A DNA stretch of 17,593 nucleotides from UHGV virus genome UHGV-1834291, one strand, 5' to 3'. The notes under the pieces are model-generated. The model saw only the letters and a list, made by a program, of their open reading frames with translations. It had not been told where the DNA came from and ran no database searches. A program made the translations under genes and the position numbers. Of this stretch, positions 8,261-14,694 are shown piece by piece. Positions within the stretch are counted from its first letter, which is position 1. Each line of letters begins with the position of its first letter. The DNA comes from a virus.

Positions 8261-8977
8261 ATGGAAAATAAAAAATCACTGACGACAGAACAGCTCGAAG
8301 ACGCTAAGCGGCTTAAGGCTTTGTATGAGTCAAAAAAGAAAGAATTGGGAATAACCCAATACTCAATCGCTGATGAACTGGGTATCACCCAAGGAGCGGT
8401 AGGGCATTATCTTAATGGCAGAAACGCGCTAAACGTTGAGGTCGCATCTGGTTTTGCACGTTTGTTGCAAGTCTCAATTGCTGATTTTAGCCAGTCAATT
8501 GCTGCCAAGGTTGCAGAACAGGCAGAAAGCCTTAAGAGCGATGCCAACGTAAGGTATGCAGGGGAATACAGAGCAGGAAAGAGGTATCCGGTGTTAAGCA
8601 GTATCCAGGCTGGCTCGTGGTGTGAAGCATGCGAACCATACACCATTAAAGACATAGATGTTTGGCTTGAGTCTGACGCGCATATTCAAGGTAATGCGTT
8701 CTGGCTTAAAGTGGAAGGTGATTCAATGACGGCACCGGTTGGGTTAAGCATTCCAGAGGGAACATTCGTTCTTTTCGATACCGGAAGGGAGGCGATCAAC
8801 GGCAGCTTGGTCATAGCAAAACTTTCTGACTCTAACGAAGCAACATTCAAGAAGCTGATAATCGACGGCGGAAATAAATACCTCAAGGGACTTAATCCTG
8901 CATGGCCTCTCGTGCCAATCAATGGAAACTGCAAGATTATAGGCGTTGCAATTGAGACAAAACTAAGGCTGGTTTGA
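8261..8977 (+). CDS. cI: CI-type prophage repressor (HTH_XRE N-domain, S24 LexA-like autopeptidase C-domain)
   Basis: 238 aa; HTH ITQYSIADELGITQGAVGHYLNG; C-domain with catalytic Ser (GDSM) and Lys (FKKL) and an Ala-Gly candidate cleavage site; divergent from cro across the operator region. Confidence 0.9.
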   Translation: MENKKSLTTEQLEDAKRLKALYESKKKELGITQYSIADELGITQGAVGHYLNGRNALNVEVASGFARLLQVSIADFSQSIAAKVAEQAESLKSDANVRYAGEYRAGKRYPVLSSIQAGSWCEACEPYTIKDIDVWLESDAHIQGNAFWLKVEGDSMTAPVGLSIPEGTFVLFDTGREAINGSLVIAKLSDSNEATFKKLIIDGGNKYLKGLNPAWPLVPINGNCKIIGVAIETKLRLV

Positions 8978-8994
8978 TCACGCAAGGGGCGATT

Positions 8995-9363
8995 ATGGTT
9001 GGAACCGCTATAGCAAGCTTTTTTGGGATGTTGGCAATCTCGACAATTTACGGCTTAGCGCATGCTTTTATTGCGAAATCTCTATCAGAAAAAATAAGCC
9101 AGGCTTGGGCGCATAGATCAGCTCGTTTCATGATTCTGGTGATCATAGCAATACAAGGGATATCTGCATTTATCCTCTATGGATCAAGCTTATACCTATT
9201 GTATCAAGGCGCGACATTTACGCCTTACACCAGTGATTACGGAACTCTATACGATGGTAGTGAAGACATCACTGTGGCTTGGATCGTCTTTGGTTTATCT
9301 ATGGCCGTGTCTGTTGTAGCAGACATCATTAAGGTAATTCTCGTCTTAACCTTCGCTGACTAA
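8995..9363 (+). CDS. Small membrane protein (122 aa, three predicted TM helices) directly downstream of cI; function unknown
   Basis: ATG 8995 with RBS AAGGGG 6 nt upstream, 18 nt after cI stop; MVGTAIASFFGMLAISTIYGLAHAFIAK...; three long hydrophobic stretches; occupies the rexAB-equivalent slot between cI and OL. Confidence 0.6.
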   Translation: MVGTAIASFFGMLAISTIYGLAHAFIAKSLSEKISQAWAHRSARFMILVIIAIQGISAFILYGSSLYLLYQGATFTPYTSDYGTLYDGSEDITVAWIVFGLSMAVSVVADIIKVILVLTFAD

Positions 9364-9448
9364 CCTATAATCCCGGCAGCAATAGCTATCGGGATCCACT
9401 TCACATATCCCGCATAAAAAGCACTGAACAAGCAGACACCGAAAAAAT

Positions 9449-9536
9449 AAATATCCTTTGTATTCATTTGCTTATCATTATTTCACCAAAAATAAATACC
9501 TTGGGTATTTACACAATAAAATACCTACAGTATTCT
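9449..9536. promoter_or_regulatory. Left operator region: OL1-OL3 with PL
   Basis: Sites aaatacctacagtattc (9519-9535), aaataccttgggtattt (9494-9510), aaatatcctttgtattc (9449-9465), same AATAC-N5-GTATT family as OR; PL TTTACA (9508-9513)-17-TATTCT (9531-9536) reading toward N. Confidence 0.7.
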
Positions 9537-9581
9537 TTAGCCATCAGCAGGACGCTGGAAGCCAAACGGAACAGATTGGCA

Positions 9582-9623
9582 GGCTCTTTAACATTGATGG
9601 GATTGTCCCGCCGAAATGCGGGA
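9582..9623 (+). promoter_or_regulatory. nutL: boxA plus boxB hairpin
   Basis: ggctctttaaca (9582-9593), 12 nt, then tcccgccgaaatgcggga (9606-9623); boxB identical to the nutR copy. Confidence 0.8.
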
Positions 9624-9730
9624 ACCAAAGAGTAGTTGGCTTTGGGGTGACGTGAAGTGCAGCTGCACGACGGCAACCGGAAGATAAGCACCTGGCGCGT
9701 CACCGCCAAAGTCAATCATCGGAGGTCAAC

Positions 9731-10003
9731 ATGACAGTAGTCATTACATATCTGGCTGACGATAACGCCAGAAATCGCCGCAGAGCACGCAGACAGGCTC
9801 AACGTGAACAGGCAATGCAAGAGCAGCGACTGGCGCGAAAAATTGCGCTAAAGCTCTCTGGTTGCGTCAGAGCAGATAAAGCAGCATCACTCGGAAGCCT
9901 TCGCTGCAAGAAGGCAGATGAATGCAATGGAAGTATTTGCCTGCCAAACGTAGCTATTTACGCGGCAGGCTACCGGAAATCAAAACAACTGACAGCGAGG
10001 TAA
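9731..10003 (+). CDS. N: N-type antitermination protein (arginine-rich motif; P22 gp24-like C-terminus)
   Basis: 90 aa; N-terminal Arg-rich motif DNARNRRRARRQAQREQ; C-terminal AAGYRKSKQLTAR resembles the P22 gene 24 C-terminus as recalled; first gene after PL/nutL; RBS GGAGG. Confidence 0.8.
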   Translation: MTVVITYLADDNARNRRRARRQAQREQAMQEQRLARKIALKLSGCVRADKAASLGSLRCKKADECNGSICLPNVAIYAAGYRKSKQLTAR

Positions 10004-10006
10004 GTG

Positions 10007-10231
10007 ATGAATCAGACATACATTCCATCATGCTTGAGAAATCTGCCAAAGCAGAAAGCAAAGCCCCGCAAGCAAGCCATAAAGGACGCTAAGGCAGATG
10101 TTATTGATCAAGCAATACAATTGCTCAGGGAGGAGTTAAGAAGTGGCAAGCTCGAAGGAATGATGATGTCCTATCAGCGCGGATATCTATCGGCGATTAG
10201 TAAGTTGGAAGTATTGAAGAGTGAATTATGA
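10007..10231 (+). CDS. Hypothetical protein, 74 aa, basic N-terminus
   Basis: ATG 10007 (GTG 10004 possible) 3 nt after N stop, RBS GAGG; MNQTYIPSCLRNLPKQKAKPRKQAIKDAKADVIDQAIQLLREELRSGK...; no recognised motif. Confidence 0.45.
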   Translation: MNQTYIPSCLRNLPKQKAKPRKQAIKDAKADVIDQAIQLLREELRSGKLEGMMMSYQRGYLSAISKLEVLKSEL

Positions 10232-10288
10232 ACTATCTGGAATTTCCGGATGGTTCATTGTTTTGGCAGCAAGCCACAGAGGTGATAT

Positions 10289-10375
10289 ATGGAAGAAGAA
10301 TTTGAAGAGTTCGAAGAGCATCCGCAGGATGAGATGGAACAATACCAGGACTATCCGTATGACTACGACTATTGA
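10289..10375 (+). CDS. Candidate 28-aa highly acidic/aromatic peptide overlapping the ral start
   Basis: ATG 10289, MEEEFEEFEEHPQDEMEQYQDYPYDYDY, stop 10373-10375; 17-nt overlap with ral in another frame; could be non-coding. Confidence 0.3.
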   Translation: MEEEFEEFEEHPQDEMEQYQDYPYDYDY

Positions 10376-10559
10376 TAAGAATCAATGGTGTGGACAATTC
10401 AAGCGATGCAATGGATGCAAGCTGCAATCGGAATGCATGGTTAAGCCTGAAGAAATGTTTCCTGTAATGGAAGATGGGAAATATGTCGATAAATGGGCAA
10501 TACGAACGACGGCAATGATTGCCAGAGAACTTGGTAAACTGAACAACAAGGCTGCCTGA
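10359..10559 (+). CDS. ral: Ral restriction-alleviation protein
   Basis: Trimmed to ATG 10359: MTTTIDKNQWCGQFKRCNGCKLQSECMVKPEEMFPVMEDGKYVDKWAIRTTAMIARELGKLNNKAA (66 aa), near-identical to lambda Ral from memory. Confidence 0.9.
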   Translation: MTTTIDKNQWCGQFKRCNGCKLQSECMVKPEEMFPVMEDGKYVDKWAIRTTAMIARELGKLNNKAA

Positions 10560-10582
10560 TGGTGGCCTTTATTTTCTTATTT
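10548..10582 (+). terminator. Candidate intrinsic terminator immediately after ral
   Basis: aaggctgcc / ggtggcctt 9-bp stem (two G-U) with tgat loop containing the ral stop codon, followed by tattttcttattt. Confidence 0.5.
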
Positions 10583-10595
10583 GAGAGGAATTAAT

Positions 10596-11219
10596 ATGTC
10601 ATCAATCCGCTTAACTACGAGAATGAAAGAGGAAATCGCTCGTAACGCTTTAATTAAGTCTGGGGTTTTCACTGAGCTTGAAGAAGTAACAAAGTTAAAG
10701 AACCAGCTTGCACTTGACGCCAGAGTTATTGCGTTTGGCGGTAAAAAGAAAACTGAGGAAGTGGATCAGTTATCATCCAAGTTGGTAGCTATAAGTGAAG
10801 AACTTGGAAAGATGGGATGTTCATTTTACTCATACGATTTTCGTTCTACTTCAATTTATCTGACTGTATCTGGCAGAAGGGTTGGATGGCATTCATATGG
10901 AAAAGACGGCAACGGCGAAGATATATTGCTCCCTACTCCGACCAGAGATAAATGCATGTTTGACGCAGAACACGAAATAACAAAAAGGTTTGATGAAATC
11001 TGCGCATTGCAACAAAAACTTGAAGTCAAGAAAAAGGATATCGAATCAAATGTATGGGCTGCTTTGAACTCAGTCACAACAGTTAAGCGACTCATTGAAG
11101 TTTGGCCTGAAAGCAAAGAATTGCTACCAAAAGAAGCAGATAAAGCAAGTACAGCACTTCCTGCTTTACGGGTAGAGGATTTGAATAAGATGATTGGACT
11201 TCCTTCCGAGGCCGCATAG
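10596..11219 (+). CDS. Hypothetical soluble protein, 207 aa; unknown function
   Basis: ATG 10596 with RBS GAGAGGA; MSSIRLTTRMKEEIARNALIKSGVFTELEEVTKLKNQLALD...; no TM segments or recognised catalytic motif; bracketed by terminators; occupies the slot where lambda/P22 carry sieB. Confidence 0.6.
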   Translation: MSSIRLTTRMKEEIARNALIKSGVFTELEEVTKLKNQLALDARVIAFGGKKKTEEVDQLSSKLVAISEELGKMGCSFYSYDFRSTSIYLTVSGRRVGWHSYGKDGNGEDILLPTPTRDKCMFDAEHEITKRFDEICALQQKLEVKKKDIESNVWAALNSVTTVKRLIEVWPESKELLPKEADKASTALPALRVEDLNKMIGLPSEAA

Positions 11220-11235
11220 TCGGCCTTTATTTTTG
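11209..11235 (+). terminator. Intrinsic terminator after the 207-aa gene
   Basis: aggccg / cggcct 6-bp stem with loop catagt (contains the stop codon TAG), followed by tttatttttgg. Confidence 0.7.
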
Positions 11236-11263
11236 GCATAAACAACAGAATAAACACTGCACT

Positions 11264-11291
11264 GTGTATTCATTCCAACGAGTGAATACAC
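11264..11291. repeat. Perfect 9-bp inverted repeat with 10-bp spacer in the inter-terminator region
   Basis: gtgtattca (11264-11272) ... tgaatacac (11283-11291); arms contain GTATTC/GAATAC, the same hexamers as the operator half-sites but in everted order. Confidence 0.5.
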
Positions 11292-11351
11292 GGAGCAATG
11301 TCGCTCGTAACTAAACAGGAGCCGACTTGTTCTGATTATTGGAAATCTTCT

Positions 11352-11380
11352 TTGCCCTCCAGTGTGAGGGCAATTTTTTT
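11352..11380 (+). terminator. Strong intrinsic terminator 12 nt upstream of the 322-aa gene start
   Basis: Perfect 8-bp stem ttgccctc / gagggcaa, 6-nt loop, then T7 (11374-11380); RBS GGAGG and ATG 11393 follow directly. Confidence 0.8.
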
Positions 11381-11392
11381 GACGGAGGATAT

Positions 11393-12361
11393 ATGAGTGA
11401 AGTAACAGATTTAGTTGTTATTGAAAAAGCAAATGCAATGACTGTATTTCAGTCTGCAGACCAGATTGAAGAAATCCTTCAAAAGGTTGAACGTGAAGTT
11501 ATGTCCTTTGTGCCTGATATCACAACGGCAAAGGGCAGAAAGGAGATCGCTTCTCTGGCGTATAAAGTTGCGCAGACGAAAACATATCTCGATGGTCTTG
11601 GCAAAGACCTTGTTGCTGAACTGAAGGAAATTCCAAAGCTAATTGATGCCAACCGCAAGACAGTGCGTGATCGCCTTGATGAGCTGAAAGCCAAGGCGCG
11701 CCAGCCTCTTACTGATTATGAGGAGGAACAGGCACGGATTAAAGCCGAAGAAGAAGCTAAGGCAGCAGCTGAAGCTCTCGCAAAGCAAATTGAGTCTGAC
11801 CATGAAATAGCGATTTTGATGGATCGCGAATTTGACCGCCAAAGAGAAGAGGCAAGACTCAAAGCGGAGCGGGAAAAGCGAGAGCATGAAGAACGCTTAA
11901 AAAGAGAAGCTGAAGAGAGAGCCAGAGCAGAAGCCGAAGCAAAGGCAAAAGCCGAAATTGAAGCAGCAGCAAGGCGAGAAGCAGAAGCTAAGGCCGCAGC
12001 GGAACGTGCAGAGCGTGAACGCATTGAAGCCGAGCAACGAGCACAGCGCGAAGCAAAAGAGGCAGCAGAACGAGCTGAAAGAGAAAAGCAGGCGGCAATT
12101 GAAGCAGAACGCCGAAAAGCACAGGAGGAGGCTGAACGAATCCGGCGCGAGGCTGAAGCAAAAGAGCAAGCCAGAATAGCAGAAGAAAAAAGAATCAAGG
12201 AAGAAGAAGAGCGTAGAGCAAAGGATAAAGCTCACCGGAAAGAAGTAAATAACAAAATACTTGCTGACCTTATCAAGGTTGGCGCATCAGAAGATGTTGC
12301 TAAAAATATCATAACAGCTATCGTAAAAGGCGAAGTATTCGCAACAAAAATAACCTACTAA
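11393..12361 (+). CDS. Hypothetical protein, 322 aa, with ~160-aa E/R/K/A-rich predicted single alpha-helix / coiled-coil domain
   Basis: ATG 11393 after RBS GGAGG; globular N-terminal ~120 aa (MSEVTDLVVIEKANAMTVFQSADQIEE...), then repeats of EAEAKAKAEIEAAARREAEAKAAAERAERE..., short C-terminal domain ...IITAIVKGEVFATKITY. Confidence 0.7.
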   Translation: MSEVTDLVVIEKANAMTVFQSADQIEEILQKVEREVMSFVPDITTAKGRKEIASLAYKVAQTKTYLDGLGKDLVAELKEIPKLIDANRKTVRDRLDELKAKARQPLTDYEEEQARIKAEEEAKAAAEALAKQIESDHEIAILMDREFDRQREEARLKAEREKREHEERLKREAEERARAEAEAKAKAEIEAAARREAEAKAAAERAERERIEAEQRAQREAKEAAERAEREKQAAIEAERRKAQEEAERIRREAEAKEQARIAEEKRIKEEEERRAKDKAHRKEVNNKILADLIKVGASEDVAKNIITAIVKGEVFATKITY

Positions 12362-12385
12362 TAAAACCAACATAAGGAACCACCC

Positions 12386-12517
12386 ATGATTTACGCAATC
12401 GCGGGAGGCGCTCGCATGGGTGCCTTCCAATTAAATGAATCTTTACTTGAACGAATCACCCGTAAATTACGTGACGGATGGAAAAGAGTTGAGATCTTAT
12501 TATGCGCAATGAAATAG
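12386..12517 (+). CDS. cIII: CIII (FtsH inhibitor)
   Basis: Not in ORF track (43 aa). MIYAIAGGARMGAFQLNESLLERITRKLRDGWKRVEILLCAMK; core SLLERITRKLRDGWKR matches lambda CIII as recalled; RBS AAGGAA. Confidence 0.8.
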   Translation: MIYAIAGGARMGAFQLNESLLERITRKLRDGWKRVEILLCAMK

Positions 12518-12654
12518 CCATCAATCACCAGATGCTTCGTGCTGCACAGAACAAAGCAGTAATAGCCAGATTTATTGGTGATTCAAAAATGTGGCTTGAA
12601 GCAAATAAAGCGATGAAATCAGCTATCAACCTTCCGTGGTATCGCAGGAAATGA
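12502..12654 (+). CDS. kil: Kil-like host cell division inhibitor
   Basis: Not in ORF track (50 aa). MRNEIAINHQMLRAAQNKAVIARFIGDSKMWLEANKAMKSAINLPWYRRK; the IARFIGDSKMW segment resembles lambda Kil as I recall it; positioned after cIII as in lambda. Confidence 0.55.
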   Translation: MRNEIAINHQMLRAAQNKAVIARFIGDSKMWLEANKAMKSAINLPWYRRK

Positions 12655-12729
12655 GTTTTACAGATAACTGGTCAGACGAAGAATTCATTCGTCAGATGAA
12701 AGAATTAATCGGTAACGAAGGAGATATTC

Positions 12730-12900
12730 ATGTCACTTGCAACCACAGTGAAGGAGAGCAAGTTACAGAGACGCATGTACACGCAGAAAGCTCTCTGGTA
12801 TCGCCATAATGGTGACCGCGAAGGAATGCGGGTATGCCTTAATTTGTCCCGAGTTGAAGTATTAAATCAGCGTTATTTCCTTGGGCCGTGTCCATTCTGA
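12730..12900 (+). CDS. Small ORF (56 aa) immediately upstream of erf (P22 arf position)
   Basis: ATG 12730 with strong RBS AAGGAGA 5 nt upstream; MSLATTVKESKLQRRMYTQKALWYRHNGDREGMRVCLNLSRVEVLNQRYFLGPCPF; ends 10 nt before erf ATG. Confidence 0.35.
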   Translation: MSLATTVKESKLQRRMYTQKALWYRHNGDREGMRVCLNLSRVEVLNQRYFLGPCPF

Positions 12901-12910
12901 GAACAATCAT

Positions 12911-13516
12911 ATGAGCAAAGAATTTTACGCAAGACTGGCAGCTATTCAGGAGAATCTGAACGCGCCAAAGAATCAGTACAACTCATTCGGCAAATATAAA
13001 TACAGAAGCTGCGAAGACATTCTTGAAGGCGTTAAGCCGTTACTGAATGGCCTGTTTTTATCAATCAGCGATGAAGTTGTGTTGATTGGTGATCGGTATT
13101 ACGTGAAAGCCACAGCAACTATTACCGATGGCGAAAACAGTCATACAGCAATCGCTCTTGCACGAGAGGAAGAAAGCAAGAAAGGAATGGATTCTGCACA
13201 AGTTACGGGAGCTACAAGCTCTTATGCACGCAAGTATTGCCTCAATGGTTTGTTCGGCATTGATGATGCGAAAGATGCAGATACAGACGAGCATAAACAT
13301 CAGCAGAACGCAGCAGCAAAGCAATCAAAACCATCACCTACACCTGAACAGGTTCTAAAAGCATTCACTGACGCAGCAATGCAGAAAAACACCGTAGAAG
13401 AGCTTAAACAGGCGTTCGCCAAAGCGTGGAAGATGCTCGAAGGCACACCGGAGCAGCACAAAGCGCAGGACGTTTACAACATCAGACGAGATGAATTAGA
13501 AGGAGCGGCTGCTTAA
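12911..13516 (+). CDS. erf: Erf single-strand annealing recombinase (P22 Erf-like)
   Basis: Trimmed to ATG 12911: MSKEFYARLAAIQENLNAPKNQYNSFGKYKYRSCEDILEGVKPLLNGLFLSISDEVVLIGDRYYVKATATITDGENSH..., matching the P22 Erf N-terminal domain from memory; C-terminal domain divergent. Confidence 0.9.
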   Translation: MSKEFYARLAAIQENLNAPKNQYNSFGKYKYRSCEDILEGVKPLLNGLFLSISDEVVLIGDRYYVKATATITDGENSHTAIALAREEESKKGMDSAQVTGATSSYARKYCLNGLFGIDDAKDADTDEHKHQQNAAAKQSKPSPTPEQVLKAFTDAAMQKNTVEELKQAFAKAWKMLEGTPEQHKAQDVYNIRRDELEGAAA

Positions 13517-13899
13517 TGGCACATTCGATTACTGTAAGACTAAACAAGCCCGTAAGAGAGTTTCAGGCCGGGGAAAATATCGGATTCAACATCCGTGCTG
13601 GCGTTCAGTATTACGATCGCCAGACAAAAAAGAAAGAATGGACAAACTACAGCGCCGTTGTATTTGCCAAGCCGGGAGCGCAAGCGGATTACTACCGTAG
13701 TGTTCTTGTTGAAGGTGGCATTGTGGAAATTACCGGAGAAAACATCAGGGTTGATGTTTATCAGGGGCAAAATGGTCAATCAATCACTCTTGAATTACTG
13801 AATGCAAAGATTGGATTTGCAGCTTCAGGAAATGGCCCGCAGCAGCAAAGTAGTAACCAGCAGAACACTCCTGTATACGACGATTCCATCCCATTCTGA
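13516..13899 (+). CDS. SSB-like single-stranded DNA-binding protein (short form with acidic C-terminal tip)
   Basis: 127 aa; OB-fold-like core, Gln/Ser-rich linker, C-terminal DDSIPF resembling the SSB tail DDDIPF; ATG overlaps erf stop (TAATG). Confidence 0.7.
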   Translation: MAHSITVRLNKPVREFQAGENIGFNIRAGVQYYDRQTKKKEWTNYSAVVFAKPGAQADYYRSVLVEGGIVEITGENIRVDVYQGQNGQSITLELLNAKIGFAASGNGPQQQSSNQQNTPVYDDSIPF

Positions 13900-13922
13900 T
13901 TTAGAAAAATAAGGGTTCCATT

Positions 13923-14219
13923 ATGCCAGCGCCTCTGTATGGTGCGGATGACCCGCGCCGCTGTTCCGGCAATTCCGTATCGGAGGTGCTGGAAAGTATC
14001 AAGAATAATCTCGGCGCGTTTCTTGCTCTGCCACCAGAAACAAAAGCAGAACGGAAGTACCGACGCGATATACAACTCGCAGAAAAACAGGAAAAAGACC
14101 GAATAAACGAAACATCAATCCGACCATTCCGCAAAGCCACATATACCCACTTCCCTGAATATATCGACCCGCGCCTGCGTAATTACCGCTCACGCTATGG
14201 CGCTATCAGTAATGACTGA
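13923..14219 (+). CDS. Hypothetical protein, 98 aa
   Basis: ATG 13923, RBS AAGGG; [52 protein letters not shown]...; no recognised motif. Confidence 0.45.
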   Translation: MPAPLYGADDPRRCSGNSVSEVLESIKNNLGAFLALPPETKAERKYRRDIQLAEKQEKDRINETSIRPFRKATYTHFPEYIDPRLRNYRSRYGAISND

Positions 14220-14229
14220 GGAATTTACC

Positions 14230-14397
14230 ATGAGAGGACTTGCATACAATCCCGGCATTCTTCCGGCAGAAATGATTATTCGCCAACGCGTAAAGCCAAT
14301 GCCATCGAGAGAGGAATTGCTTAAGAGAAATTCTTTTCCTTCAGTGAATCAAAACAAATATCTGAATGCGATGTGGCGTAAAGGAGGCAAGCAGTGA
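14230..14397 (+). CDS. Hypothetical protein, 55 aa
   Basis: ATG 14230 with RBS GAGGA 7 nt upstream (in-frame ATGs at 14197 and 14212 lack an RBS); [55 protein letters not shown]. Confidence 0.35.
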   Translation: MRGLAYNPGILPAEMIIRQRVKPMPSREELLKRNSFPSVNQNKYLNAMWRKGGKQ

Positions 14398-14693
14398 GTG
14401 TATATCTTATTGATAAACGTCGACGTGGGCAACAAATACCACCTGTAGGAATTCCGAATCACACATGGTTTTGCGTACTTGATATCGATGGTATGGATGC
14501 GTTGGTTGACACTCGTCATTACTGCGATACCGCAACAGCTACTCCGGCGAAAGCAAAGAAAATGGCTGCTCTGATAGAAAACTGGACTCCACCTGATGGT
14601 TGGTGCAATGGGAATGATCGAGATTGGCATGAAAAAATGAAGGGCTATATCTGCGATTTCTTACGTAAATGCAACGGATTCAGGGTGATGTGA
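14394..14693 (+). CDS. Hypothetical Cys/His-rich protein, 99 aa (possible metal-binding)
   Basis: GTG start 14394 with RBS AGGAGG 6 nt upstream, overlapping the previous stop (GTGA); Cys/His clusters [33 protein letters not shown]. Confidence 0.5.
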   Translation: MSVYLIDKRRRGQQIPPVGIPNHTWFCVLDIDGMDALVDTRHYCDTATATPAKAKKMAALIENWTPPDGWCNGNDRDWHEKMKGYICDFLRKCNGFRVM

Positions 14694-14694
14694 C

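Noticed and set aside
8407-8985. Minus-strand ORFs (82 and 99 aa) antisense to cI
   Set aside because: Inside the repressor gene, no RBS.
9458-9715. ORFs (65 aa plus, 68 aa minus) across OL/PL and nutL
   Set aside because: They span the operator, promoter and nut elements, which are better explained as regulatory DNA.
10233-10427. 64-aa minus-strand ORF and the N-terminal extension of the ral track ORF from 10221
   Set aside because: Ral aligns with lambda Ral from the internal Met at 10359; the upstream extension and antisense ORF have no support.
10856-11257. 133-aa minus-strand ORF antisense to the 207-aa gene
   Set aside because: No RBS and runs through the terminator hairpin; likely spurious.
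11479-12235. Several long minus- and plus-strand ORFs (71-160 aa) across the E/R/K repeat region
   Set aside because: Artefacts of low-complexity GAA/GCA/CGN-rich DNA, which lacks stop codons in several frames; translations are Ser/Ala/Cys/Phe-rich nonsense.
12651-12809. 52-aa acidic ORF overlapping the kil stop
   Set aside because: Possible, but the only RBS-like sequence is 1 nt from the ATG, and it overlaps the better-supported 56-aa ORF at 12730-12900 in another frame; left as unresolved.
13061-13358. ORFs (87 aa minus, 76 aa plus) inside erf
   Set aside because: Inside the well-supported Erf gene, no RBS.
13540-14193. Minus-strand ORFs (79-99 aa) and 68-aa plus ORF across ssb and the 98-aa ORF
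   Set aside because: Antisense to or out of frame with the densely packed plus-strand operon; no start signals.
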